From: an uncultured Alphaproteobacteria bacterium
GTDB taxonomy: Bacteria; Pseudomonadota; Alphaproteobacteria; CAAHEQ01; UBA3637
Reading direction: 5' to 3'
Assembly (NCBI GenBank): GCA_947624545.1
Contig: CANQKV010000003.1
Span: 1-51,910 of the forward strand
Length of the DNA stretch: 51,910 bases
Shown: positions 20,775 through 29,207 of the stretch, in pieces
Position numbering within the stretch: the first letter of the stretch is position 1
Layout: each line of letters begins with the position of its first letter
The notes under the pieces: model-generated
What the model was told of the DNA's origin: nothing
Database searches by the model: none
Seen by the model: the letters and a program-made list of their open reading frames with translations, nothing else
Translations under genes and position numbers: made by a program

Positions 20775-22544
20775 TTAAGGCAGAATAATATCAATTAATT
20801 GTAATTGAATGCGTTTTTTATCGCGCCAAAATTCACGTTTCAGCGTACCGACGGCATAAATCGGCGTTTGTTTTTGATTCAGCAAAAATTGTCCGACGGG
20901 TGTGTCATGAGAACGGAAAGCAATGGCGTTTAAAGAAACGCCGTTCGGTGCTTTCAGCGTGCAACTGATATGTCCGTTTCTTAAAAGTAAGGAACGGGTA
21001 ATCGAAACATTTTTAATCATAAATATCGGTTCGGGATTCGATTCGCCGAAAGGTGCCAACAATGTCAGCGAATCCATCAGCGAATCGGTAACGCCGGAAA
21101 TGGAAATAACGGCATCGAAATATTGCTTTTGTCCGTCAGATACAAGCATTTCCGGCTTAATGTTTTCAAGTAAATATTGCTTGAATGCCGATAAATTGCT
21201 TTCTTTCAGCGAAAAACCGGCAGCCATGGGATGCCCGCCTCCTCGGGATAAAATGCCCCGTTGAATGGCGTTCATGACCAAAACGCCCAAATCAACCCCC
21301 TGTACGGAACGCGAGGAGCCTTTGACTTCATCATTTTCAATGCTTAACGCAAAGACTGGTAAATTATATTTGTCTTTGAGCCGTCCTGCAACAATACCGA
21401 CCACACCCTGATGCCAATTATGCCCTTCAACCACAATAAACGGTGTGTGAAGCCCCGCGCGTTCAACCTGTTGAACGGCTTCTTGCAAAACAGCGCTTTC
21501 AATTTCACGGCGCATATTGTTTAATTCTTCCAATTCTTGCGCCAATATGGTTGCCTGCATGGAATCTTTGGCGGAAAGCAGGTGCATGCCGATATCCGAT
21601 TTGCCGACTCGACCGCAGGCATTAATGCGCGGACCGAAAACATATCCCAAATGATGCGAATCGGGCGGTTCCTTAATTTGCACCATTTCCGCCAATGCTT
21701 TTAAGCCTAAATTTTGTCCCGTACGCATTTGTTTTAAACCTGATTTGACAAACAAGCGATTAACACCGCTTAATTTAACGACATCGCAAACCGTTCCGAA
21801 AGCTACCAAATCCAAATAAATCATTAAATTCGGTTCCGTTCGCGATTGATAAAACCCTTTTTCGCGCAAAATGGCATTTAAGGCAACCGTAAATAAAAAC
21901 ACAACACCTACCGCTGCCAAATAACGACAGGGATGATGAATATCTTCATCCAATCGTTTCGGATTGACCAACGCATACGCGTTCGGCAAATGCGTTGCAT
22001 CGGGATCGTGATGATCTAACACCAACACATCCAGTCCTAAGGCTTCACCGTCGGCAATGGCTTCAAAAGCCGTTGTGCCGCAATCCAACGTGGCGACAAC
22101 CGTACACCCCTTTTCTTTGTATTCTTTCATTTTTTGACTGTTCGGACCATAGCCGTCTTCCCGATCGGGAATAAAACAAAAAACTTGAATGCCGCACGAT
22201 TCCAAAAACATTTTTAATAATGCCGTTGATGTGGCGCCGTCCACATCGTAATCGCCCATTAAACCGACAGGCTCGCCCGCCAATACGGCTTGCGCCATTC
22301 TTTCGGCGGCTTTGCGCATATCTTTCAATGAAAACGGGTTAGGTAAATTATGTTTTAAAGTCGGATATAAAAACGCTTCGGCTTCATCGCATGTGATTTG
22401 TCGTTCCGCCATAATGCGTGCCGTTATTTCGGGCAGATTAAATCGTTGTTGCAAAGCCTCTGCCAAGGAGGAATTATAAGTTTTTGCCGTCCATTGATTT
22501 TTCATGAGCGATTGAAATATTTTTTCATTATCCGAAGCGTTCAT
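20775..22544 (-). CDS. recJ: Single-stranded DNA exonuclease RecJ
   Basis: GDYDVDG, DCG, DHH, PRINACGR, GGGHPMAAG, PFGESNPEP. Confidence 0.98.
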   Translation of the reverse strand: MNASDNEKIFQSLMKNQWTAKTYNSSLAEALQQRFNLPEITARIMAERQITCDEAEAFLYPTLKHNLPNPFSLKDMRKAAERMAQAVLAGEPVGLMGDYDVDGATSTALLKMFLESCGIQVFCFIPDREDGYGPNSQKMKEYKEKGCTVVATLDCGTTAFEAIADGEALGLDVLVLDHHDPDATHLPNAYALVNPKRLDEDIHHPCRYLAAVGVVFLFTVALNAILREKGFYQSRTEPNLMIYLDLVAFGTVCDVVKLSGVNRLFVKSGLKQMRTGQNLGLKALAEMVQIKEPPDSHHLGYVFGPRINACGRVGKSDIGMHLLSAKDSMQATILAQELEELNNMRREIESAVLQEAVQQVERAGLHTPFIVVEGHNWHQGVVGIVAGRLKDKYNLPVFALSIENDEVKGSSRSVQGVDLGVLVMNAIQRGILSRGGGHPMAAGFSLKESNLSAFKQYLLENIKPEMLVSDGQKQYFDAVISISGVTDSLMDSLTLLAPFGESNPEPIFMIKNVSITRSLLLRNGHISCTLKAPNGVSLNAIAFRSHDTPVGQFLLNQKQTPIYAVGTLKREFWRDKKRIQLQLIDIILP

Positions 22545-22641
22545 TTGATTATGTCCTTACATTTTTTATCAGTTTATCTGTTTTTTTTTCGGAAAGCAAG
22601 TAAAAATGCGACTCTCTTTTTTGAAAAAAGTAAAATAAATC

Positions 22642-22670
22642 TTGCAACAAACGTTTTTTTCTTTTATAAT
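22642..22670 (+). promoter_or_regulatory. sigma70-type promoter for glgA-ddh
   Basis: TTGCAA-17 bp-TATAAT. Confidence 0.6.
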
Positions 22671-22695
22671 GTAATTATTCGACCCAGGGGGAAAA

Positions 22696-24177
22696 ATGGC
22701 GCGAAATGTTTTATTTATAGCAAGTGAAATGACACCGTTTGTAAAGACGGGCGGGTTGGGAGATGTTGTCGGTTCGCTGCCCAAAGTGTTGGCTTTTAAC
22801 AAAGAAATGGTCGTAAAAGTGATTGTTCCGCTTTATTCGTGCATTGATTATCAAAAATACGGTTTATTTTTGCGGATGCAGGGTAATTGCGTCAATATGG
22901 GAAATTGCCAAGAATTTTTCAGTGTACATCAATCAAATTTTGTGCCGAATGTTGAAACATACTTTATTGAATTTAACAAATATTTCGGGCGTCCGATTTA
23001 TCGGCAACACGGCTTGTACGATGATGCTTATTCTCATAATGAATACCAAGATAATGCCTATCGATTTTCGTTTTTTACGCGGGCAGCGTTGCAAACGGCA
23101 AAAGATTTGGGTTTTAAGCCCGATATTGTCCATGTTCACGATTGGCAAACCGCATTGGCGCCGTATTATTTAAAACATGATAACGATCCTTTTTTTGCCG
23201 AAACAAAAAGTCTTTTAACCTTGCATAATGTGCCTTATCAGGGGCGTTTCGGTGCCGATGTCGTTCCGTATGCCAAAATTGATTGGGCAGATTTTAATTG
23301 GACGGCTTTTGAAGATTACGGACGTATTAATTTATTAAAGGGCGGTATTCGGTTTGCCGATAAGTTGACAACCGTTTCCCCGAATTACGCCCGCGAAATT
23401 CTGACGCCCGAATACGGTGCCGGGCTTGATTTTATTTTAAGAGAACGCCAAAACGATTTAACAGGTATTTTAAACGGAATTGATACGCAGTTATGGAATC
23501 CGCAAAAAGATTTTGTTATTCCGCATCAATACAATCAGGTGACGTTTGAACAGGGAAAATCGCTCAATAAAAAAGAGTTGGTGCGCCGTTTCGGGCTTGA
23601 AACCCCTCAAAAACCTGTTTTTTCCATGGCAGTTCGTTTAACGGAACAAAAAGGCGTTCATATGTTGCAGGAATGTATCGAATCGGTGTTGAATACCATG
23701 CAATGTCAGTTTGTCATTATGGGGAACGGCGATGGCGATATTCAAAACTATTTTGAAGCTTTACCCCGTAAATATCCCGGGCAGATTTCCGTGAAAATCG
23801 GCTTTGAAACAGAGTTAGAGCATTTAATGGATGCCGGTGCCGATTTTTCACTCGTGCCGAGCTTATATGAGCCGTGCGGCTTAAAACAAATGGTTTCGCA
23901 AACATACGGAACGTTACCGGTCGGACGGGCAACGGGCGGATTGGAAGATACCATTTTAAATTATAATGAATTCAGCGGAAACGGTACCGGCTTTAAGTTT
24001 CATGATATTTCCTCAAAAGCACTTTATAATACAATCGGTTGGGCAAATGCCACATGGTTTGATCGTCCGAATCACATTCGGGGAATGCGCGAGTTGGCCA
24101 TGAAACAAAATTATTCATGGGATAAATCATCTTTGGAATATAAAAATTTGTATAATCAAATGATAGGAGTAAAATAA
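22696..24177 (+). CDS. glgA: Glycogen synthase
   Basis: KTGGLGDV, HVHDWQT, TVSPNYA, GILNGID, PSLYEPCGL, TGGLEDT. Confidence 0.96.
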   Translation: MARNVLFIASEMTPFVKTGGLGDVVGSLPKVLAFNKEMVVKVIVPLYSCIDYQKYGLFLRMQGNCVNMGNCQEFFSVHQSNFVPNVETYFIEFNKYFGRPIYRQHGLYDDAYSHNEYQDNAYRFSFFTRAALQTAKDLGFKPDIVHVHDWQTALAPYYLKHDNDPFFAETKSLLTLHNVPYQGRFGADVVPYAKIDWADFNWTAFEDYGRINLLKGGIRFADKLTTVSPNYAREILTPEYGAGLDFILRERQNDLTGILNGIDTQLWNPQKDFVIPHQYNQVTFEQGKSLNKKELVRRFGLETPQKPVFSMAVRLTEQKGVHMLQECIESVLNTMQCQFVIMGNGDGDIQNYFEALPRKYPGQISVKIGFETELEHLMDAGADFSLVPSLYEPCGLKQMVSQTYGTLPVGRATGGLEDTILNYNEFSGNGTGFKFHDISSKALYNTIGWANATWFDRPNHIRGMRELAMKQNYSWDKSSLEYKNLYNQMIGVK

Positions 24178-25085
24178 TGCAAAAAATATCAATAGCGATT
24201 GTCGGTTGGGGTAATGTCGGACGCGCTTGTCGTCGCGCTATCGGCGAATGTTCCGATATGGTTTTAAAAGGCGTTGTGCGTCGTGAATCGTCATTGAGTT
24301 TCGGCGATCCCGAGCTTAAAACAATCAAGGTTGTTTCCGATATTAAAGCTTTGGGACAAATCGATGTCGCTCTTTTGTGCATTCCCTCCCGAGAAGTGCC
24401 GCAACGCATTAAAGAATATCAATCGTTAAAAATCAATACCGTTGACAGTTATGATGAACATCAAAACATTGCTGCTTTGCGTCGTGATCTGGATATGACG
24501 GCAAAAGTGAAAAAAACCGTTTCCATATTTGCTGCCGGTTGGGATCCGGGAACCGATTCGCTGGTGCGAGCGCTCATGAAAGTTGTTTCATTAACGGGGC
24601 GTACCACAACCACGTTCGGCGGTGAACAGGGGGGTCGCAGTATGGGGCATACCGTTCAGGTTAAAAGTATTGAGGGGGTTAAAGATGCCGTTGCTTTAAC
24701 AATGGCAAACGGACGCGGCAAACAAAAACGCAAAGTTTATGTTGAATTGAAAGAAGGTGCCGATATTCGAAAAATTGAAAAAGAAATTCTTGCCGATTCT
24801 TATTTTAAATCGGAGCCGACGGAAGTAATTGCTGTTGAAAGCATTGAACCGTACAATACGTTACATCATTCGGCGGAAATTGAGCGAACCGGTATGGAAG
24901 TTCGGCAAACCTATATTGTCGAGGGAACAAATCCGGAGTTTACCGCCAATGTAATGGTTGCCGCGGCGCGGGCTTGTATGCGCGCTTTCGAAAAAGAGGA
25001 ATACGGCGTTTATACTTTCATTGAACGCCCCGTTATCGATTATTTGTCGGGAAGCGGTCTTGATGAAAGATTGGAGGGCTATTAA
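24177..25085 (+). CDS. ddh: meso-diaminopimelate dehydrogenase
   Basis: GWGNVG Rossmann motif, NTVDSYD, GWDPG, SMGH, NPEFTA; TAATG overlap with glgA. Confidence 0.92.
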   Translation: MQKISIAIVGWGNVGRACRRAIGECSDMVLKGVVRRESSLSFGDPELKTIKVVSDIKALGQIDVALLCIPSREVPQRIKEYQSLKINTVDSYDEHQNIAALRRDLDMTAKVKKTVSIFAAGWDPGTDSLVRALMKVVSLTGRTTTTFGGEQGGRSMGHTVQVKSIEGVKDAVALTMANGRGKQKRKVYVELKEGADIRKIEKEILADSYFKSEPTEVIAVESIEPYNTLHHSAEIERTGMEVRQTYIVEGTNPEFTANVMVAAARACMRAFEKEEYGVYTFIERPVIDYLSGSGLDERLEGY

Positions 25086-25104
25086 CATTTGTTAAACATT
25101 CATC

Positions 25105-25143
25105 AAAAAAAACGGCATCACGGTGAAAAGATGTCGTTTTTTT
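25105..25143 (+). terminator. Rho-independent terminator
   Basis: AAAACGGCATC...GATGTCGTTTTTTT hairpin after ddh. Confidence 0.65.
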
Positions 25144-25358
25144 ATAAAAAAGGTGTTATGTCCGTTTTTTTATTGCTTAAATGCTTTTTTCAGACGTCTG
25201 ATTCGTTTAATATGTTGAAATATATTTTTATTTTATTTTTTTTTGTTTATTTTAAGTAATTTTTTAATTTAGAACTTGACTTTTTTAAAAAAACTGATAG
25301 AATAAGTTTAATATCTCGTTTTTTAACGGATTATTTTTTCTGAAAAGGAAATTTTATT

Positions 25359-26042
25359 ATGAGACGAAGAAGTACGCTGAGAAGAGCTGCAAATGTTGTA
25401 TTTTCACCGAGGGGAAAAATGGCAGAATTATTTACGATTGTATGGTGCCACAATACTGAAATGTTGGCAAAACGTATTGCTCAAAAAGCAAATCTGAATG
25501 TTCAAGACGGTTTGGGTGATACATTATTAATAAAATCAATTATGCGTGGTTTTGATGATATGGCTCAATTATTGATTGATGCCGGTTGTCGGTTAGATAC
25601 GCAAAATATGCGCGGTGATACCGCTTTAATCGTTGCCGCCAAATATCAGAATGAAAAAATGGTGCGGGTGTTGGCAAAAGCCGGTGCCGATATTGATATT
25701 TGCAATGAACATCTTCAAACGGTCAATGATTTCGTCAGAGAGGAAGAAACCATTCGTTTGTTAGAACAAATTCGTAATTCGGAAAAAGGGCGCCCCGTCA
25801 GAGAACTTAAAGAGTTGGTCTGTAACGGTCCGGCAACAAAGATTATGAAACAATTTGAAACAAAAGAGTTTTTAACAAGCTTGCGTCTGTACGGTTTGTT
25901 TGCGGAAGCGTTTCAACAGTTGAATGTTGAAGAGATTGAAAAAACAAACGATACCATTAAAGGCAAAATTACACGGCGTGAACAGCTCAGCATTGATAAA
26001 GTTCGTTGGGCAAAACTGAAAGCCGAAAAATCGCACTTTTGA
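25359..26042 (+). CDS. Ankyrin-repeat protein
   Basis: NLNVQDGLGDTLL, LLIDAG, GDTALIVAA, LAKAGADIDI; TTGACT...TAGAAT promoter upstream. Confidence 0.85.
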   Translation: MRRRSTLRRAANVVFSPRGKMAELFTIVWCHNTEMLAKRIAQKANLNVQDGLGDTLLIKSIMRGFDDMAQLLIDAGCRLDTQNMRGDTALIVAAKYQNEKMVRVLAKAGADIDICNEHLQTVNDFVREEETIRLLEQIRNSEKGRPVRELKELVCNGPATKIMKQFETKEFLTSLRLYGLFAEAFQQLNVEEIEKTNDTIKGKITRREQLSIDKVRWAKLKAEKSHF

Positions 26043-26058
26043 TTTTGTTGTGATTGTT

Positions 26059-26092
26059 AAAAAAAAGCGGTCTTTATCAGATCGCTTTTTTT
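26059..26092. terminator. Bidirectional terminator
   Basis: A8-GCGGTCT-TTATC-AGATCGC-T7 between convergent genes. Confidence 0.75.
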
Positions 26093-26119
26093 ATAAATGC
26101 TTCAATTCAACCGCTTGTT

Positions 26120-26569
26120 TTAAATGCCGAAGAAAGCGTTTAAAAAGGAATTAAAAGAATCACCGATATAATCTAAAAATCGGGTTAATTGGCGTTCTGT
26201 TTTTTCTTCTGCCTGTTTCAAATGAACGGATTTTGCCTCTGATATTTTAAATGATGATGATTTTTTTAAAGGCGCCTGATGTGTTCCCGAACGGGCATGT
26301 AAAGCTTTTGAGGGCATTGGAGCAAATAAGAACGTATGGTGCGGCACCGTATTTTTGTAATGCGGTTGAATATTTAAAATTGATCCGTAAGAGTTTCGGT
26401 GTGTTTGATGTTGTGTAAAAACGGGGCTTTGGCGGCGGGTGTTTTTCTGATGATAAAACGGATGGGTATGCGCTGTGTGCGTAGTGTGCGTATTATGATA
26501 ATAATAAGGTCGGTTTGCCAAACAAAGCGGCGTGTATAATAAAATTAAAAGAATAAGAATAAAACGCAT
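26120..26569 (-). CDS. Hypothetical exported His-rich protein
   Basis: Signal-peptide-like N-terminus, His/Thr-rich body; no family recognised. Confidence 0.55.
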   Translation of the reverse strand: MRFILILLILLYTPLCLANRPYYYHNTHTTHTAHTHPFYHQKNTRRQSPVFTQHQTHRNSYGSILNIQPHYKNTVPHHTFLFAPMPSKALHARSGTHQAPLKKSSSFKISEAKSVHLKQAEEKTERQLTRFLDYIGDSFNSFLNAFFGI

Positions 26570-26636
26570 AACTTACTATACAACAAAAAAAATAAAAAAG
26601 AAATAAGAAAATGAATTCGATTATAAAAATCCCCTG

Positions 26637-27689
26637 TTATTGATTTAAAAAGTTATCGTTTTGTGTCTTTTTTTGAAGTTGATCGGCAAATGACTGTAAT
26701 CGCATCAAAATTTCGTTAAAATCGGAGAATTGTTGTTGATTTTCTCTTTTGTTTTTTCGCTTTTCTTTCGGATCGAATGACAATACAGATCCTTTAAATT
26801 GATTGTCGGAAGAATGTGTCATCAGAACGGGTTGTGTTGTTCCTTTTTGTTTTTTCTTTTGCGGCGGATTTGGTTTTGAAAAATTGTTTAAGGGTTCCTC
26901 GATTGTTTTTTTCTTTTTAGCGTTTTTTTTGTAAGAATTCATAAATTTTATAAAATGTTGATTCTTTTGAAATTCCGGATGTGATGCTAAAAAGGCGTCG
27001 GGCGGTATCGGTTTTTTTAAAAATTGTTTGTCAAACGCAAGCGGATAATGCGTATCAAGCATTTTAAGCGGTGGAGGCAAAAAATATTCTTCGTCAACAA
27101 ATTTTAAGTTTTGATAAGGTTGTTCCTTTTCATTTGTGAGTGCTTCAACATATTCTTCATCATTTTGAATATTTTTGAAAGTCGAACGCGAACTTGTTGT
27201 ATCCAACAGCTGCCATTTTTTGTTGATTTGTACGGCATTCCAGGCATGCAATCCGCCAGGCGAAAATCCGTTTACAACAATAGCGTTCAGACCGGCACGT
27301 CGTGCCATATACACAAACAGTTTGGCAAAATGCCGACAAACGCCGGCACGTTTTTGAAAGGTATCTTGTGGCGTGTCTTTATAGCAATCATACATGCCAT
27401 CGGGTGTGAGAAGACAGTCGGTAAAAGGTTTGTCATTGGTATGTTCATATTTGGTTCGCAACTCATAGTCATCGTAGAGAATATTTAAAGAAATCCAAAC
27501 ATAAATAACACGCGTTGTCAACAGTTCGTCACCCTGAAACGGTCTTGTGAGATAATCGGTTAAGGTGTTTAAATCGTGGGTATATTTATCAGGCACGTTC
27601 ATAGCATGTTTATCCGCCCGCGAATAGACGGCATAACTCCAAACGGGAAAGGAATAAAGCAAGAAAAAAAAGAAAAGAATATACCGCAT
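26637..27689 (-). CDS. Transglutaminase-like domain protein
   Basis: Triad GVCRHFA / HAWNAV / LDTT; signal peptide from ATG 27689 (start uncertain). Confidence 0.85.
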   Translation of the reverse strand: MRYILFFFFLLYSFPVWSYAVYSRADKHAMNVPDKYTHDLNTLTDYLTRPFQGDELLTTRVIYVWISLNILYDDYELRTKYEHTNDKPFTDCLLTPDGMYDCYKDTPQDTFQKRAGVCRHFAKLFVYMARRAGLNAIVVNGFSPGGLHAWNAVQINKKWQLLDTTSSRSTFKNIQNDEEYVEALTNEKEQPYQNLKFVDEEYFLPPPLKMLDTHYPLAFDKQFLKKPIPPDAFLASHPEFQKNQHFIKFMNSYKKNAKKKKTIEEPLNNFSKPNPPQKKKQKGTTQPVLMTHSSDNQFKGSVLSFDPKEKRKNKRENQQQFSDFNEILMRLQSFADQLQKKTQNDNFLNQ

Positions 27690-27726
27690 CAATTCATTAT
27701 ACAAAATATATGCAGACAATGCAAGG

Positions 27727-28941
27727 TTATTTTAAAGATCCCTTATCAGCTCTGAATGCGGGAATATAAAGCATATCACAGAGCAGGGCGGTTGAATAAC
27801 CGATTATTAATGCCGTTGCCGGATTGGTTAAGTCGGCAACATAACCGACAAATGTTGTTCCCAACGTATAAAAAACACAAATAAACATTGAGAAAATGGA
27901 AAGCAACGTACCGCGCTCTTTTTCGGAAACAATATTTTGCATATATGTGCAGGAAGCAGGGGTATAAATGCCGTTGGCACCTGATCCGAGCGTTTTAAAA
28001 AACGGGGCAAAAAAATTGGAGAAAAGGGCTGATGTGATGCAAAAAAGATTATCGGCGCATGCCCCGAAGAAAATGGTTTTTTTAAGACCGATTAAATGTC
28101 CGACTTTGCCTGACAGCCAACTGCAAACAGCGTCTGTCATATGCCCGGCAAAGCGGAAAATTCCCAATGACCAAACAGGAATGATTTCTTTATAAAAATT
28201 GCTGCCGAAGGTAAAAGTCGCTTCGTTGACGGCAAAATGCGCCGAATCGGCAAGCATATAAAGAGAGAGCCTTTTTTCACGATATAAATAACGTAGCGCC
28301 GAAAAAAAATGTTTGAAAGGATTCGTAAAAGTTTGTCGGCAATTTGTTTCCGTTAAAAACAAACTGATTATAAAGGCAAGAGTCATCGGAAAGATAGTGG
28401 CAATCATTGCCGTTTTCATGGAAAAATAAACAAAAATACCGCTTAAAAGCGATCCCAAAGCTAATCCTACGGAGGGATAAATTTTAACATGCGATAAAAC
28501 CGTATGGTATTCGGATTTTCGTCCCAATTTTTCCATACTTTCATAAACAAGGGCATCATTGTTGGCATTGCCGATTCCCCGATATATGCCGAAAAATAAA
28601 CTGCCGATGATTAAAAGTTCGTAAGACGGCGCAAATGCATAAATGATTGCCGCAATCACGCGACAGGCAGCGCCCGTGATGCACACTTTTTTCCGCCCCC
28701 ATGAATCGGCTAAAACGCCTAACGGTAAACTGCATAAAGTACCGGTTGCGTAAGCAATGGCATATATGCTCATTGCTTTGGTAAAGTTCCCTGTAATTTG
28801 TGCAAAAAAAATGGCTTCAATCGGCAATGAAAAAAACATTTTTGTACACAAATAATAAAGGCAAATTAACCGTATGTTTCGTTCATAAGGCGAAAAAGAA
28901 GTCAGCTTAAAAAATGAAAATAATGCCGTTATTTTTTGCAT
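27727..28941 (-). CDS. MFS transporter
   Basis: About 12 TM helices, motif A GVLADSWGRK. Confidence 0.92.
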   Translation of the reverse strand: MQKITALFSFFKLTSFSPYERNIRLICLYYLCTKMFFSLPIEAIFFAQITGNFTKAMSIYAIAYATGTLCSLPLGVLADSWGRKKVCITGAACRVIAAIIYAFAPSYELLIIGSLFFGIYRGIGNANNDALVYESMEKLGRKSEYHTVLSHVKIYPSVGLALGSLLSGIFVYFSMKTAMIATIFPMTLAFIISLFLTETNCRQTFTNPFKHFFSALRYLYREKRLSLYMLADSAHFAVNEATFTFGSNFYKEIIPVWSLGIFRFAGHMTDAVCSWLSGKVGHLIGLKKTIFFGACADNLFCITSALFSNFFAPFFKTLGSGANGIYTPASCTYMQNIVSEKERGTLLSIFSMFICVFYTLGTTFVGYVADLTNPATALIIGYSTALLCDMLYIPAFRADKGSLK

Positions 28942-29036
28942 ATTGCTTTTTTATCCTCTTTTAACAGATTTTGCAATAACTTTTTTACTTGCTTCTTCCT
29001 TTTTTTTCTCTTAATCTGAAAAGAGAAAGGTTAAAA

Positions 29037-29192
29037 ATGAAGCAAAGAATAATTTTTATCTGCGGAAAAGTGCTTTTAATCGGAATGATATGCAGCGTTT
29101 TCGGTATGTGTCGATATTCTGTGCCGATGAATAAAGCATGGAGCGCCTCTTATTTATCCGAACACGTTCACACGAAGGGGTTTCACAAATAA
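29037..29192 (+). CDS. Possible small membrane/exported protein (51 aa)
   Basis: GAAAGG RBS, hydrophobic N-terminal segment, fills the gap between the MFS gene and the large membrane-protein gene. Confidence 0.35.
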   Translation: MKQRIIFICGKVLLIGMICSVFGMCRYSVPMNKAWSASYLSEHVHTKGFHK

Positions 29193-29207
29193 AGCCGATG
29201 AGGAGCT

